A stretch of 64,000 nt of DNA from contig NIVC01001370.1 of NCBI GenBank assembly GCA_002269645.1, positions 124,001-188,000 on the forward strand. The letters run 5' to 3'. This DNA is from Macrostomum lignano (taxonomy: Eukaryota). Under the pieces are notes generated by a model. It ran no database searches. It was not told where the DNA came from and saw only the letters and a program-made list of their open reading frames with translations. Position 1 is the stretch's first letter. The number at the start of each line of letters is the position of its first letter. Of the stretch, positions 35,775 through 51,104 are shown piece after piece. Made by a program: the position numbers and the translations under genes.

Positions 35775-37012
35775 TTTGGGATCCGAAGGGCGCCATTTGG
35801 GATCTGATGGGCACCAATCTAGATCCGATAGGCACCAATCTAGATCTGAGGGGCGCCAATCTAGATCTGAGGGGCGTCAATCTAGATCTGAGGGGCGTCA
35901 ATCTAGATCTGATGGGCACCAATCTAGATCCGATAGGCGCCAATCTAGATCTGATGGGCACCAATCTAGATCCGATAGGCACCAATCTAGATCCGATAGG
36001 CACCAATCTAGATCTGAGGGGCGCCAATCTAGATCTGAGGGGCGTCAATCTAGATCTGAGGGGCGTCAATCTAGATCTGAGGGGCGCCAATCTAGATCTG
36101 AGGGGCGCCAATCAAGATCTGAGGGGCACCAATCAAGATCTGAGGGGCGTCAATCTAGATCTGAGGGGCGCCAATCTAGATCTGAGGGGCGTCAATCTAG
36201 ATCTGAGGGGCGCCAATCAAGATCTGAGGGGCACCAATCAAGATCTGAGGGGCGTCAATCTAGATCTGAGGCGCCAATCTAGATCTGAGGGGCGTCAATC
36301 TAGATCTGAGGGGCGCCAATCTAGATCTGAGGGGCGCCAATCTAGATCTGAGGGGCATCAATCTAGATCTGAGGGGCACCAATCTAAATCCGATAGGCGC
36401 CAATCTAGATCTGATGGGCACCAATCTAGATCCAATAGGCACCAATCTAGATCCAATAGGCGCCAATGTAGATCTGAGGGGCGTCAATCTAGATCTGAGG
36501 GGCGTCAATCTAGATCTGAGGGGCGTCAATCTAGATCTGAGGGGCGCCAATCAAGATCTGAGGGGCGCCAATATAGATCTGAGGGGCACCAATCTAGATC
36601 TGAGGGATGCCAAACTGGATCTGAGGGGCGTCAATCTAGATCTAAAGGGCGTCAATCTAGATCTGAGGGGCGTCAATCTAGATCTGAGGGGCGCCAATCA
36701 AGATCTGAGGGGCGCCAATCAAGATCTGAGGGGCGCCAATCAAGATCTGAGGGGCGCCAATCAAGATCTGAGGGGCGCCAATATAGATCTGAGGGGCACC
36801 AATCTAGATCTGAGGGATGCCAAACTGGATCTGAGGGGCGTCAATCTAGATCTAAAGGGCGTCAATCTAGATCTGAGGGGCGTCAATCTAGATCTGAGGG
36901 GCGCCAATCAAGATCTGAGGGGCGCCAATCAAGATCTGAGGGGCGCCAATCAAGATCTGAGGGGCGCCAATCAAGATCTGAGGGGCGCCAATCAAGATCT
37001 GAGGGGCGCCCA
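35775..37012. repeat. 21-bp minisatellite (AATCTAGATCTGAGGGGCGCC)n
   Basis: About 58 units with variant blocks; GGCGCC family. Confidence 0.96.
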
Positions 37013-37404
37013 TCTGAACATGAAAGTTAAAACACTAAGACAGATACATGTTGCTTTGTGAAGAATTTAAGGATTAAGGAATGATGGATTTTAAAAGCTT
37101 TAATCTTCTCTGATTTTTGTCTATCTGCCGAGTCATACCTCTATTGTAATTCCCCATCTGATATCCTAGGCTGGAGTCTTGCGTGAGTTCCGCATGCTGT
37201 CCACATGTATATCTCAGATATCAAACCATTGCCAAATTACAAATGCGCCACCGTCACAAATTAGACTTGCTAATTAGCTTGGCTTGTATTATACAAAACT
37301 GTGCCTGACTAACTGGAAAGTTCTATAAATAGATGCAGTCTGGGTTGGTCTCCGATTTCTCAGTGGCCCCTGTTTTGAATTAATCCTTATATGTCGCTGC
37401 GTGT

Positions 37405-37770
37405 TTGGGATCTGAGTGGCGCCATTTGGGATCTGAGTGGCGCCATTTGGGATCTGAGTGGCGCCATTTGGGATCTGAGTGGCGCCATTTGGGATCTGAG
37501 TGGCGCTATTTGGGATCTGAGTGGCGCCATTTGGGATCTGAGTGGTGCCATTTGGGATCTGAGTGGCGCCATTTGAGATCTGAGTGGCGCCATTTGGGAT
37601 CTGAGTGGCGCCATTTGGGATTTGAGTGGCGCGATTTGGGATCTGAGTGGTGCCATTTGGGATCTGAGTGGCGCCATTTGGGATCTGAGTGGTGCCATTT
37701 GGGATCTGAGTGGCGCCATTTGGGATCTGAGTGGCGCCATTTGGGATCTGAGTGACGCCAATCTGGAACG
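37405..37770. repeat. 21-bp minisatellite (TTTGGGATCTGAGTGGCGCCA)n
   Basis: About 17 units; related to 35775-37012. Confidence 0.96.
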
Positions 37771-38619
37771 GAGGGGCGCCATCTACAGCTCAGAAACCGG
37801 CCATTATTATCTTCAATGTGTCAATTTTAATTCAGTAACAAAACCGTAGGACATTGGGGGTGGGGGATTCAGTGAAATAAATATACGTGTAGGTATTCTA
37901 ATTAGCACTTTCCAATAGTAACCAAGTGAAGCTTGAGCTTCGATGGAAGCCGAGGTACCCCCGGGGCCCTAGCAATTTACCAAAAAGATCAACGCCATTG
38001 CAATAGCCCGATTTTGATTAGTTCGACTTTGGCAGTTAGAAACCAAGCATGGTTTAAGCTATCTAGGAGAAAAATGTCAGATGACAATTGCTTTTAGAGT
38101 TGATTGATTGACAACTACGTGTATGGTTATGGTTATGCTGTTTAGGCTCATCTTACATTTATATCGTAAGTTGGTTATAAAGATTACAGTGGATCTGTGT
38201 TGGAACTAACTAGCATAGTTTTAATTTCTTGGCTCTGCTGGAATGTAGAGAATGGGGGTTGTCCCATAACAGTTACAGTGCCTGACTGGGAGGCAAGATT
38301 CTTCAACCTTCTATCGGCATTTTCTTCCAAGCTTATGTCCGAGAAACAAGGCAAAAGCCAATTTTTTAAAGAGTTTCTGTTCTGCAGCCGGTTCCCATGC
38401 GGCGCTGTACAAGCGGAATCAAAAATTGATACTTTGGCAAGCCTTACTGGATTAGAGCTTTGCGCTGTTGACTTCTACGAATAGAAGACTGTAGCAATTT
38501 CGTTGTAGCAGTGTGCATGTTGCAGACTTCGAGAGAAGGGGGCTGACAGACAAGATAGAGGGAGACAGGATTCTGTGGCGGGACGGGGGAACAGAAGAAT
38601 GAGATACAAGGGAGGGAGA

Positions 38620-39872
38620 CACAAGAGAAGGAGATAAGACAGGGAGAAACAAGATAGGGAGACAAGACAGGGAGAGACAAGACAGAGAGAGACAAGAGAG
38701 AGAGAGACAAGAGAGGGAGAGACAAGAGAGAGAGAGACAAGAGAGGGAGAGACAAGAGAGAGAGAGAGAGACAAGAGAGGGAGAGACAAGAGAGAGAGAG
38801 AGACAAGAGAGAGAGAGACAAGAGAGAGAGAGACAAGAGAGAGAGAGACAAGAGAGAGAGAGACAAGAGAGGGAGAGACAAGAGAGAGAGAGACAAGAGA
38901 GGGAGAGACAAGAGAGAGAGAGACAAGAGAGGGAGAGAGATACAAGAGAGGGAGAGAGAGACAAGAGAGGGAGAGACAAGAGAGGGAGAGACAAGAGAGG
39001 GAGAGACAAGAGAGAGAGAGACAAGAGAGGGAGAGACAAGAGAGAGAGAGACAAGAGAGGGAGAGACAAGAGAGAGAGAGAGAGACAAGAGAGGGAGAGA
39101 GATACAAGAGAGGGAGAGAGAGACAAGAGAGGGAGAGAGAGACAAGAGAGGGAGAGACAAGAGAGGGAGAGACAAGAGAGGGAGAGAGATACAAGAGAGG
39201 GAGAGAGATACAAGAGAGGGAGAGAGAGACAAGAAAGGGAGAGACAAGAGAGGGAGAGAGAGACAAGAGAGGGAGAGACAAGAGAGGGAGAGACAAGAGA
39301 GAGAGAGAGACAAGAGAGGGAGAGACAAGAGAGGGAGAGACAAGAGAGGGAGAGACAAGAGAGAGAGAGAGAGAGAGAGAGACAAGAGAGGGAGAGACAA
39401 GAGAGGGAGAGACAAGAGAGAGAGAGACAAGAGAGGGAGAGACAAGAGAGAGAGAGACAAGAGAGGGAGAGACAAGAGAGGGAGAGACAAGAGAGAGAGA
39501 GAGAGAGACAAGAGAGGGAGAGACAAGAGAGGGAGAGACAAGAGAGGGAGAGACAAGAGAGGGAGAGACAAGAGAGAGAGAGAGAGACAAGAGAGGGAGA
39601 GACAAGAGAGGGAGAGACAAGAGAGGGAGAGACAAGAGAGAGAGAGACAAGAGAGGGAGAGACAAGAGAGGGAGAGACAAGAGAGGGAGAGACAAGAGAG
39701 GGAGAGACAAGAGAGGGAGAGACAAGAGAGAGAGAGAGAGACAAGAGAGGGAGAGACAAGAGAGGGAGAGACAAGAGAGAGAGAGACAAGAGAGGGAGAG
39801 ACAAGAGAGAGAGAGACAAGAGAGGGAGAGAGATACAAGAGAGGGAGAGACAAGAGAGAGAGAGAGACAAGA
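38620..39872. repeat. 15-bp GA-rich minisatellite (GAGAGGGAGAGACAA)n
   Basis: Tandem units with GA slippage. Confidence 0.95.
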
Positions 39873-40539
39873 GGGACAGGAGACGCAGAGACCCATAAAT
39901 AGATTTAGATAGCGTCCCTATCTAAATTGAATTGCAAAATCTCATCACATCTGCCCATATGGAGGTAAATAATTATTTATTTAGTCATATATTATGCTGC
40001 CAACTGGGCGAGTGCGAGGGCGCTGGTGCAAGATTACGTAACAGATTTCTCGCTAAACCAAAAGCATTCTGCATAGCCTATTGTATTGATATAATAAGCT
40101 GTATGCAGACCCAAAGTCTATCCGCAAATTTTCTAATATCATGGTTATTTGCAGCTACGGACTCCGGATAATTTGCTAGTCGAAATTCGAGGTGATAAAA
40201 ACGAATGCAAACCCTCTATGGTTTTTGAGTCGCAGTTTTACTCAAATATCGCCTGGAGGCATTCATAGCATAATAAGTTAGTAAATTCATATACCAGTAG
40301 AAGAAGGGATACAACGGTGATCTCGAACTCAACGGGAGATCACTGTGAGTTCTCTAAAACTCGGACTTAATGTTATACCCGGTATTTAACTATAGTTTAC
40401 GGATATACACTGTAGCTTAGGAAAGACTGCTGTTCTAGCTTTCAGTTTTTAGTCACACTTTTAGTGCTTTTGTGCAGTTTCTATCCAGATAGAGCAATTA
40501 GGGTTCTATAAAACCCCAGCACCCCTCTCTATCTCACTT

Positions 40540-40680
40540 TCTAACTCCTTCTCTCTATCTCACTCTCTTCATATTCCTCTATTCTCTCTATCTAACTCTC
40601 TTTATCTTTCTCTCTTCTCTCTATCTCACTTTCTTCATCTTCTTTTCTTCTCCCTATCTCTCATCTCTTTCTCACTCTTT

Positions 40681-40737
<57 letters not shown>

Positions 40738-40801
40738 TCCCCTCTCATCTCTCTATCTCACTCTTTTCATCTCCCTATCTCTTATCTCTTTCTCACTCTT
40801 T

Positions 40802-40841
<40 letters not shown>

Positions 40842-40860
40842 CCATATAAAATCTTACTCT
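40540..40860. repeat. CT-rich low-complexity / (CT)n
   Basis: Pyrimidine tract containing pure CT runs. Confidence 0.85.
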
Positions 40861-41594
40861 ATCTATTGCCTCCTATCTCCCCTTATACACTCACTCCTCA
40901 GTCCCTGTAACTAAAACACTGCCTTTCCCTTTTTGTTTGCAATAACCTCACTCTCCTAATTGTCTCTCTTTTTAACCTTTCTACTCTCTGCTCACACATC
41001 TTACCCTCCTTGGACCCCCCCTATACTCAATTAGCAATTGGCGAAATCCAACCATAGAATTAAGGTGTTCCCAAAGCATCGCGACACGGCAGGCTAATTA
41101 TCCTCGGGACCATCAATGCGAAAAACAGTCAACCTTGGCCTGAGCTGCTGGTCTCAAATTCGAACGCAATGGCAATGCAAGCAAGTCAGATGCCAATGGA
41201 TAGATAAGAAACCCCACAGTCAGGTCTGGTGGACTGCATGCCCCCCTATCAATTATCACTTCAATTTCTGAGTCTAAATTCCAATTCAATTCCAGTTTTT
41301 GGATGCAAAGATTGCATTTGTGACTAAAGGGCTGATAGTAACAAAGCGAAGTATCGATTACTTCCGGCTCAGTTCCGGCTCGCTCTCTTTATTTGCATCC
41401 TGGTCTTCTGCTACTGCAGCTCTGCGTGCTGCTGTGGAGTTCTTTTAAGCTAAACTGCAAGTTGGAACACGTCACTTCCTTCCGCTGTCATTCATGCGCT
41501 CTTGCCAGGACTTACGCTTGCAGACATGGATTGTGAAAAATACCAGGATGTGGCAACCGGATGTCTAGGCGGGTAGCAACTAGAGAGAACTTTT

Positions 41595-42120
<526 letters not shown>

Positions 42121-43624
42121 AAAGATGAGACAGTTTGTTGTGTCCAAGTTCGAAATGCCTGGCTGGGACCCAGTTCAGACCTACAGGGCAATTTACACAA
42201 ACGTAATCAGCAGGCCCTCCCGCCTTCCTTATCTATCTCGTAATGCTGTGCAAGGCCAGTCCAAGTCTTTGTCCATCAATCGTGGGCCCCCCGGCCGTCT
42301 CAGCCCCATGAAGCGAAGCAATGCCTTCATTTCTCTTACCCTCCCCGCCACATTATTTATCTATCACGCAGTTCCCAGGCTGATAGCAGACGGGACTGCA
42401 GGTGACCAGAGACCAGAAGTAGACGGGGGAGGACACCCAAGCCCCTGACTCGCTCCGTTGCTTCAGTTCGACAGTGAATGATGAAATTTTGAAGCCATCG
42501 AACGAATCATAGCTTCTTCTTCTATAGTTCTAGTTGAAACAGCTGGAAATCGCGGTTTCTGTTCCCTTCACCCTGTTTCCCCCCCAGTCAGAATGGATGG
42601 GATGTACGCGCTTTCACCCGCCTTTAGTTTGCGTCCCTGTCCCGTTCTTCGTAACCTCCCACCAAACACGTACATTTGGAGATGAGGTTTTTCGAGAGGC
42701 AACGGTGGAGCGGAGAGGCGATAAGGGGGGCTGTCTCAACCCCCATAGACAAAAGCTATTCAGCTTTGAATATATCGATTTTCGTGGGCGGAATCCAAGG
42801 CAGGCTCGGAGGCCTCATAGAATGAATAATTGCTCGGGTCTAGCCGCCCAACTACCCCATTCAAAAAGCGCGAAAAAGACCCAGGCCAGGTCACATACCA
42901 TCTCGCTTCACCTCCCTTTCAAGGATGTATGTTATGTATGATATGAACCTATACATAACATAACATTTAGCATAACATGACAACCTTTAGCAGTGTTAAA
43001 AAATTGATGATACACCAATAAAAACGTCAATTGATGTAAAATCATGCACATATTCGGTTCATTACTTCATTTTAGATTTTTAAAGAAATGGTTTTTTCTT
43101 GACCATAGACTATAGCAGTTAATATAGCAGTTGTTACATAATAAAATGTACAGAGTGGCATCCAGGGTAGATATAGCATAGGCCATAGACTATAGCAGTT
43201 AACACACAATGCTTACAGCTTCTCCAGATTCCTATACAAAGGTCTCCTTGGCTCTTCAACTCGTGGGGGCACGCGAGCGGGCAAGCCGCGGCCTGGTCTG
43301 GCCTGGATCCCTGAACGCATGCAGGCCCCCAACACCCCACCCCCACACCCCAGTTGCCCCGAGTAGAAACGAAAGAAAGCCCAAAAGCATTGTATAAAGG
43401 CCCGCCTCTCTGCTGTGGTGGCGACCTTGGTGTGCCTTCTAGTTTTGTTATGCCATTCTTCAGCGGGATTGATGGGGGCGGAACAGAGCTCAGGGCGCCC
43501 GCCCTTCGATTTTCCCTGCGTGTGCCAAAGGGCTATTGCTTAACCTGTAAGACATATGCGGGCTTAATGCTAAAATCTCCTGTCTCTTAGACTTCCAAGC
43601 TTCCAAGCATCTCTATTAATTCAA

Positions 43625-44695
43625 TGGCTTCACAATCCCCCATATTCACAATCCCCAATCTTCACAATCCCCCAGCTTCACAATCCCCCATATTCACAAT
43701 CCCCAATCTTCACAATCCCACAATCCCCAAGCTTCACAATCCCCAAGCTTCACAATCCCCAAGCTTCACAATCCCCAAGCTTCACAATCCCCAAGCTTCG
43801 CAATCCCCAAGCTTCACAATCCCCAAGCTTCACAATCCCCAAGCTTCACAATCCCCAAGCTTCACAATCCCCAAGCTTCACAATCCCCAAGCTTCACAAT
43901 CCCCAATCTTCACAATTCCAAAGCTTCACAATCCCCCATATTCACAATCCCCAAGCTTCACAATCCCAATGCTTCACAATCCCCAATCTTCACAATCCCC
44001 AAGCTTCACAATCCCAATGCTTCACAATCCCCAAGCTTCACAATCCCCAATATTCACAATCCCCAAGCTTCACAATCCCCAAGCTTCACAATCTCCAAGC
44101 TTCGCAATCCCCAATCTTCACAATCCCCATTATTCACAATCCCCAATCTTCACAATCCCAAAGCTTCACAATCCCCAATCTTCACAATCCCCATTATTCA
44201 CAATCCCCAATATTCACAATCCTTAAGCTTCACAATCCCCAGTATTCACAATCCCCAGTATTCACAATCCCCCATATTCACAATGCCCAATCTTCACAAT
44301 CCCCAATCCCAAAGCTTCACAATCCCAGAGCTTCACAATCCCCATTATTCAATCCCCAATATTCACAATCCTTAAGCTTCACAATCCCAAAGCTTCACAA
44401 TCCCAAAGCTTCACAATCCCCAAGCTTCACAATCCCAAAGCTTCACAATCCCAAAGCTTCACAATCCCAAAGCTTCACAATCCCAAAGCTTCACAATCCC
44501 AAAGCTTCACAATCCCAAAGCTTCACAATCCCAAAGCTTCACAATCCCAAAGCTTCACAATCCCCAAGCTTCACAATCCCCAAGCTTCACAATCCCCAAG
44601 CTTCACAATCCCAAAGCTTCACAATCCCCAAGCTTCACAATCCCAAAGCTTCACAATCCCCAAGCTTCACAATCCCCAATCTTCACAATCCCTCA
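43625..44695. repeat. 16-bp minisatellite (CTTCACAATCCCCAAG)n
   Basis: Period 16. Confidence 0.96.
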
Positions 44696-45334
44696 TGAAA
44701 CGTCGCAACCTCCCATAAAGCTTTGCAATCCCCGACATTCACAATCACCTAAATGAATATTAATAATGCATGCTTCCCTCAAGTCATTACGGAGGATTAT
44801 GAAACTCCCCCCTTGATCCCAGAATTCAAGAAGGCAAAGAAGCCCATGATGCCACGCGGTCTTCGTTGCTTCTTAAAGAAAAGATTAATAGGAATATAAA
44901 ACTCTTGAAAATAATCAGATAACGATACCAGTTTTTGTATCTCCTTGCATGCTATGAATATTTAGTCTACTGGTACTCAGTCTATAGAATTGAACCAACC
45001 AAGCCGACTAACACCAGCTGCGCTATGGCATGCAGATGTGCGAGAACTTCCTCACCCCTTCACAGCCTATTTCATGCAGGCATAGAGCTTATTAGCCTCA
45101 GGGTGAAGCATGCTAGTAGGTGGCCCCAGCTGGCTGGAACTTGAATGAATGTTAAGAACATTTGAATGAGAATCCCTTCTGACCCTCTGACCCTCCCACC
45201 ATCGTATCGCATATGGGTTTTGATGTGTCAGATGGTGCGCAAGTGCAGTCTGCGAGGTGTGAACTTGAGGCTTGACTTGTGTTTGAGCAATAGCACAAAT
45301 CATCACAAGTCTAGATTCTTTGAGTTTGACCAAG

Positions 45335-46660
45335 TCTCACCTCATTCTCAATCTCATTAGTGAGATCTCACCCCATTCTCAATCATAATAGTGAGATCTC
45401 GTCCCATTCTCAATCATAATAGTGAGATCTCACCCCACTCTCAATCATAATAGTGAGATCTCACCCCATTCTCAATCATAATAGTGAGATCTCGTCCCAT
45501 TCTCAATCATAATAGTGAGATCTCACCCCACTCTCAATCCCAATAGTGAGATCTCACCCCATTCTCAATCATAATAGTGAGATCTTATACCATTCTCAAT
45601 CATAATAGTGAGATCTCAGCCCATTCTCAATCATAATAGTGAGATCTCAGCCCATTCTCAATCATAATAGTGAGATCTTATACCATTCTCAATCATAATA
45701 GTGAGATCTCACCCCATTCTCAATCATAATAGTGAGATCTCACCCCATTCTCAATCCCAATAGTGAGATCTCATCCCATTCTCAATCATAATAGTGAGAT
45801 CTCAGCCCATTCTCAATCCCAATAGTGAGATCTCACCCCATTCTCAATCATAATAGTGAGATCTCACCCCATTCTCAATCATAATAGTGAGATCTCGTCC
45901 CATTCTCAATCATAATAGTGAGATCTCACCCCATTCTTAATCATAATAGTGAGATCTCGTCCCATTCTCAATCCCAATAGTGAGATCTCACCCAATTCTC
46001 AATCATAATAGTGAGATCTCACCCATTCTCAATCCCAATAGTGAGATCTCACCCAATTCTCAATCATACTGGCGAGATCTTACCCCATTCTCAATTATAT
46101 TGGCGAGATCTCACCCCATTCTCAATCATACTGGCGAGATCTCACCCCATTCTCAATCATAATAGTGAGATCTCGTCCCATTCTCAATCATAATAGTGAG
46201 ATCTCACCCCATTCTCAATGCCAATAGTGAGATCTCATCCCATTCTCAATCCCAATACTGAGATCTCGTCCCATTCTCAATCATAATAGTGAGATCTCGT
46301 CCCATTCTCAATCCCAATAGTGAGATCTCATCCCATTCTCAATGCCAATAGTGAGATCTCACCCCATTCTCAATCCCAATAGTGAGATCTCATCCCATTC
46401 TCAATCCCAATAGTGAGATCTCATCCCATTCTCAATCCCAATAGTGAGATCTCATCCCATTCTCAATCCCAATAGTGAGATCTTATACCATTCTCGATCA
46501 CAATAGTGAGATCTTATACCATTCTCAATCATAATAGTGAGATCTCACCCCATTCTCAATCATAATAGTGAGATCTCAGCCCATTCTCAATCCCAATAGT
46601 GAGATCTCATCCCATTCTCAATCATAATAGTGAGATCTTACCCCATTCTTGATCATAATC
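45335..46660. repeat. 31-bp minisatellite (TGAGATCTCACCCCATTCTCAATCATAATAG)n
   Basis: Period 31. Confidence 0.96.
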
Positions 46661-47469
46661 CAATGAAATCTCATTTCACTCTCAAACCCCAGATCTCTAA
46701 TAGTGAGATCTCACCGCATTCTCGATCAAAGAGAGACATGCTGTTTCATAATTAATTTCCTCATGAGACTCTTAATCCCATTCGGATCCCAAAGGGGGCA
46801 GTATCAATTTTTACTGTTCACAGAAATCCCAAATGGAAAAGACACTAATCACTATGATGTTGGTGTGCGGAGCTTGCAATTCATAGCATTCACGAATGAC
46901 TGCATGCGGACCCTGTTCACGCAATCAATATCCATTGTATCTCCTACCAGTCTGTCTGTCTGTCTATTTAATTCTCCCCATTCTTTTAAAATCCTAAAAA
47001 CTTCCCAATCCAATGGAGGCCCACAGAGGCGGGAGGATAACCAGTAAGCATCACAACAAGCACGAAGGTGCTCTGTAGCAACTGGCACATATATTAGTAA
47101 ACATCCCTATTGCCATCCCCATAGCTATTGGTTTGGATTGTATATTTTTTTATAGTTCAATAATAATGCTGGAGTCCCCTCAGCCTCAACCAACAACGCC
47201 GCAGGGGGTCAGACGTTCAAGTCCTCCTCGTTTCGTGTTTTTTCCCAAGCTTAACAATCACTCAGGCAAAGTATTGGCCATTGTCGTATCATTTTTCTGA
47301 TTATCACTATCGCCCCCCAGTGGCAGATTTCAAAACTGCCAATCAAGATGAGTGATTGTTGCATAATTGTGGCAGAACTTTGGCATTTGTGTTGTGAAGC
47401 AAAACGCAGCAGATTCACAGAGCTTATAAATAACAGTGAAGTTTTACAGACAACAACAACAAAAATAAT

Positions 47470-47764
47470 TGATTACGCCTGCCCTAATGGCCAGATGTGC
47501 AACCGACAGCTCAGCCGCAGCTATTGCGCGGCGCATCTGAAGGCTGCGTACGGCTGTTCAGTCCAAGGACTGGGGGTCCCGGGTCACCAAACCACACAGC
47601 CTCAATTACCCCAGCTAATGCTGGCACCCATTTTACAGCTGGGTGAACTGAAGCAATGCAGAGTTAAGAGTCTTGCTCAAGGACACAAATTGTTCCAGTG
47701 AGTTGAGAATCGAACCTCCGACCTGTGGTGAGTCCGACGCTCCAACCACTAGGCTAGAACCCCC
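47470..47764 (-). mobile_element. tRNA-derived CORE-like SINE, copy 2 (more complete head)
   Basis: Minus strand: A-box TAGCCTAGTGG, B-box GGTTCGATTC, CORE-like GTGTCCTTGAGCAAGACTCTTAACT…CTGTAAAATGGG, same 3' tail as copy 1. Confidence 0.85.
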
Positions 47765-48059
47765 TACAGTTCTACAGAAGAAAAACAACCCTAACAATAG
47801 AAGCGAGAGTCTAGAAAACAGAAATTTACGCCTAATTTTTACTGCATTCGCAATTTCTCGAATTCATGTATTCTTTAACACGGCATTTAACTGCGGAGAA
47901 AGAATTTACATTCGCAGCGTTTATAACTTCTACAACAGCTGGGTTTTTTTACAGCCTTAGACTGTCTGGTTTCTATTTAGGTTGCGACCCCAACCCCTCC
48001 TCCATGGCCTCTCGGGGGACTTTATCCATGAATTTTAGTGAAGGCTTACATTTAGGATA

Positions 48060-48530
48060 TTTCTGGGATATCAATTGATGGCATGTTTCTGGGATCTCTA
48101 TTGATGGGATGTTTCTGGGATCTCTATTGATGGGATGTTAATGGGATCTCTATTGATGGGATATTTCTGGGATATCTACTGATAGGATATTTCTGGGATC
48201 TCTATTGATGGGATATTTCTGAAATCTCTATTGATGGGATATTTCTGGGATCTCTATTGATGGGATATTTCTGGGATCTCTATTGATTGGATATTTCTGG
48301 GATCTCTATTGATGGGATGTTTCTGGGATCTCTATTGATGGGATGTTTCTGGGATCTCTATTGATGGGATATTTCTGGGATCTCTATTGATGGGATGTTT
48401 CTGGGATCTCTATTGATGGGATGTTTCTGGGATCTCTATTGATAGGATATTTCTGGGATCTCTATTGATGGGATGTTTCTGGGATCTCTATTGATGGGAT
48501 GTTTCTGGGATCTCTATTGATGGGATGTTA
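48060..48530. repeat. 26-bp minisatellite (TTTCTGGGATCTCTATTGATGGGATR)n
   Basis: Period 26. Confidence 0.95.
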
Positions 48531-49269
48531 ATGGAGAAGTTACCGGAATAATTCAATATGATTATGGTCCGACTATCTCACAGGGAACTCAAAAAGTCAG
48601 GCAGGTGGCTGTCAGTCATAGCGAGGCCAAAGAGATAGGAGATGGGAGGGCACAGACACTCCGGCGCGGCCACTTGGGCATTAAGGGGTGCAGGGCCCAG
48701 GCATCAAAGGCAGTTTCAATTCTGTCTTCTCTCTACTAATCGTTATGCTTCATCGAACGCTGGTAGAAAATGGAGGGATTCTGTATAGGCTGTAAGCTCC
48801 CGCCTGTTTCATAACCCTTAAAGCTTCAAGCATTATATTATAATCTTTAGATGGAGGAGACTGGAGGTGAGGTGACTGCAAAGGCTCGCTGTAGATAGGG
48901 CTATAAACAGTGTGTAAGTATTCACGCACGCGACCAAAATATCAAGACAAAGATATTATAGGGCTTTGCTTTATTGCTGGTCCGACACTAGCGCCCCTTA
49001 GCGCCAGGAGGTCTTTGTGTGTCTCCCCGAGTCCAAGGCTCAGCTGTTTGCGTATTTTCCTTCTCCCCTATTCGAAATTCGAACGAAAAATCTAGAATGC
49101 ACTCTTAGCTCATATGGTTTGCTTGCCAAGCAAACAGTCAAACAGCTGTTTTCAATTGGCCATACCTAAGGGACAGGGGGCCAGGGATTCTATATAAAAG
49201 ACACGGTGCATTAATTTAAGAGGCATGGTAAGGGTTGGCTCTGGCTTCAGGGTGTCCTATAAACAGATT

Positions 49270-50385
49270 CTGGATAGCGTAGACAGTAGAGTGTATACAG
49301 CAGTGTAGATAAAGTAGAGTGTAGACAGTAGAGTATAGACAGTAGAGTGTAGACAGTAGTGTAGACAGTAGAGTGTAGACAGTAGAGTGTAGACAGTAGA
49401 GTGTATACAGCAGTGTAGATAAAGTAGAGTGTAGACAGTAGAGTATAGACAGTAGAGTGTAGACAGTAGAGTGTAGACAGTAGAGTGTAGACAGTAGAGT
49501 GTAGACAGTAGAGTGTAGACAGTAGAGTGTAGACAGTAGAGTGTAGACAGTAGAGTGTAGACAGTAGAGTGTAGACAGTCGAGTGTAGACAGTAGAGTGT
49601 AGACAGTAGAGTGTAGACAGTAGAGTGTAGACAGTAGAGTGTAGACAGTAGAGTGTAGACAGTAGAGTGTAGACAGTAGAGTGTAAACAGTAGAGTGTAG
49701 ACAGTAGAGTGTAGACAGTAGAGTGTAGACAGTAGAGTGTAGACAGTAGAGTGTAGACAGTAGAGTGTAGACAGTAGAGTGTAGACAGTAGAGTGTAGAC
49801 AGTAGAGTGTAGACAGTAGAGTGTAGACAGTAGAGTGTAGACAGTAGAGTGTAGACAGTAGAGTGTAAACAGTAGAGTGTAGACAGTAGAGTGTAGACAG
49901 TAGAGTGTAGACAGTAGAGTGTAGACAGTAGAGTGTAGACAGTAGAGTGTAGACAGTAGAGTTTAGACAGTAGAGTGTAGACAGTAGAGTGTAGACAGTA
50001 GAGTGTAGACAGTAGAGTGTAGACAGTAGAGTGTAGACAGTAGAGTTTAGACAGTAGAGTGTAGACAGTATAGTGTAGACAGTAGAGTGTAGACAGTAGA
50101 GTGTAAACAGTAGAGTGTAGACAGTAGAGTGTAGACAGTAGAGTGTAGACAGTAGAGTGTAAACAGTAGAGTGTAGACAGTAGAGTGTAGACAGTAGAGT
50201 GTAGACAGTAGTGTAGACAGTAGAGTGTAGACAGTAGAGTGTAGACAGTAGAGTGTAGATAAAGTAGAGTGTAGACAGTAGAGTGTAGACAGTAGAGTGT
50301 AGACAGTAGAGTGTATACCGCAGTGTAGATAGAGTAGAGTGTAGACAGTAGAGTGTAGACAGTAGAGTGTAGACGACAGTGTAGC
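49270..50385. repeat. 14-bp minisatellite (CAGTAGAGTGTAGA)n
   Basis: Period 14. Confidence 0.96.
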
Positions 50386-51104
50386 TAGCAAAGTGCAAAC
50401 GAGGCTTCAACATAATCACAAGAATATCTAACCCATTAGAAAATAGAAAATCAAAGAGCATTGTTTCTGTTTTCATTTTTAAGGAACAGTTTTATCGATT
50501 GAGGCCTGATTTTAATGTAAGGGGATCAAGAGTTTTCTATGAGAATTAGGCTTCCTGTTCTTTAAGGAATTTATTTGTGATGGTTTAAGTTCTTTCCTGG
50601 AGCGATAGCGACATTTTTCAATCCGACTTCAACAGCCAATTTCTTCCTGTCCAGATGCCTGTTTCGAGGCGTCCATGATTCGTTCCCCTTTCGTGGGGAT
50701 AAAAGAGGCAGAGAGGGGGACAAAAACACGGGCAAGACTCGAGAAGCGAAGCCAGACGATGACTCAGCCCAACCTCACGGGCATGTGGGCCCCAGCTGTG
50801 CCGCCCCAGAGCCCCAGGCGTGGCGCCTTGCTATTTAGCTAATAAATAAAAGTTCAAGCTAACGCATTTTACCTTAAAGCGTTAGTAGTTTGTAAACAGA
50901 AAAATGACTAATATTTTACTTTTATAAATTAGTTGTTTACATGCAATTAAAAGTAACTTTAATTTATAGGTTTAATTTCTACAAATATGACGTAAATATA
51001 TTCAAGGGACTACGAATGCATCCAGTTAACTTCTGATTCTGAAGTACACGTGCACTCACTCAGATATTCGTCTTCTTAGTATTGCTCCGAAAGAATCTCT
51101 CATT

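Noticed and set aside
35807-37061. Pentapeptide-like NLDLRGA ORFs
   Set aside because: 21-bp minisatellite; no flanking gene features.
46852-47088. 78-aa minus-strand ORF with GPP
   Set aside because: No Walker A motif or other recognisable domain.
48620-48720. GHLGIKGC peptide resembling integrase or RNase H fragments
   Set aside because: Too short and ambiguous.
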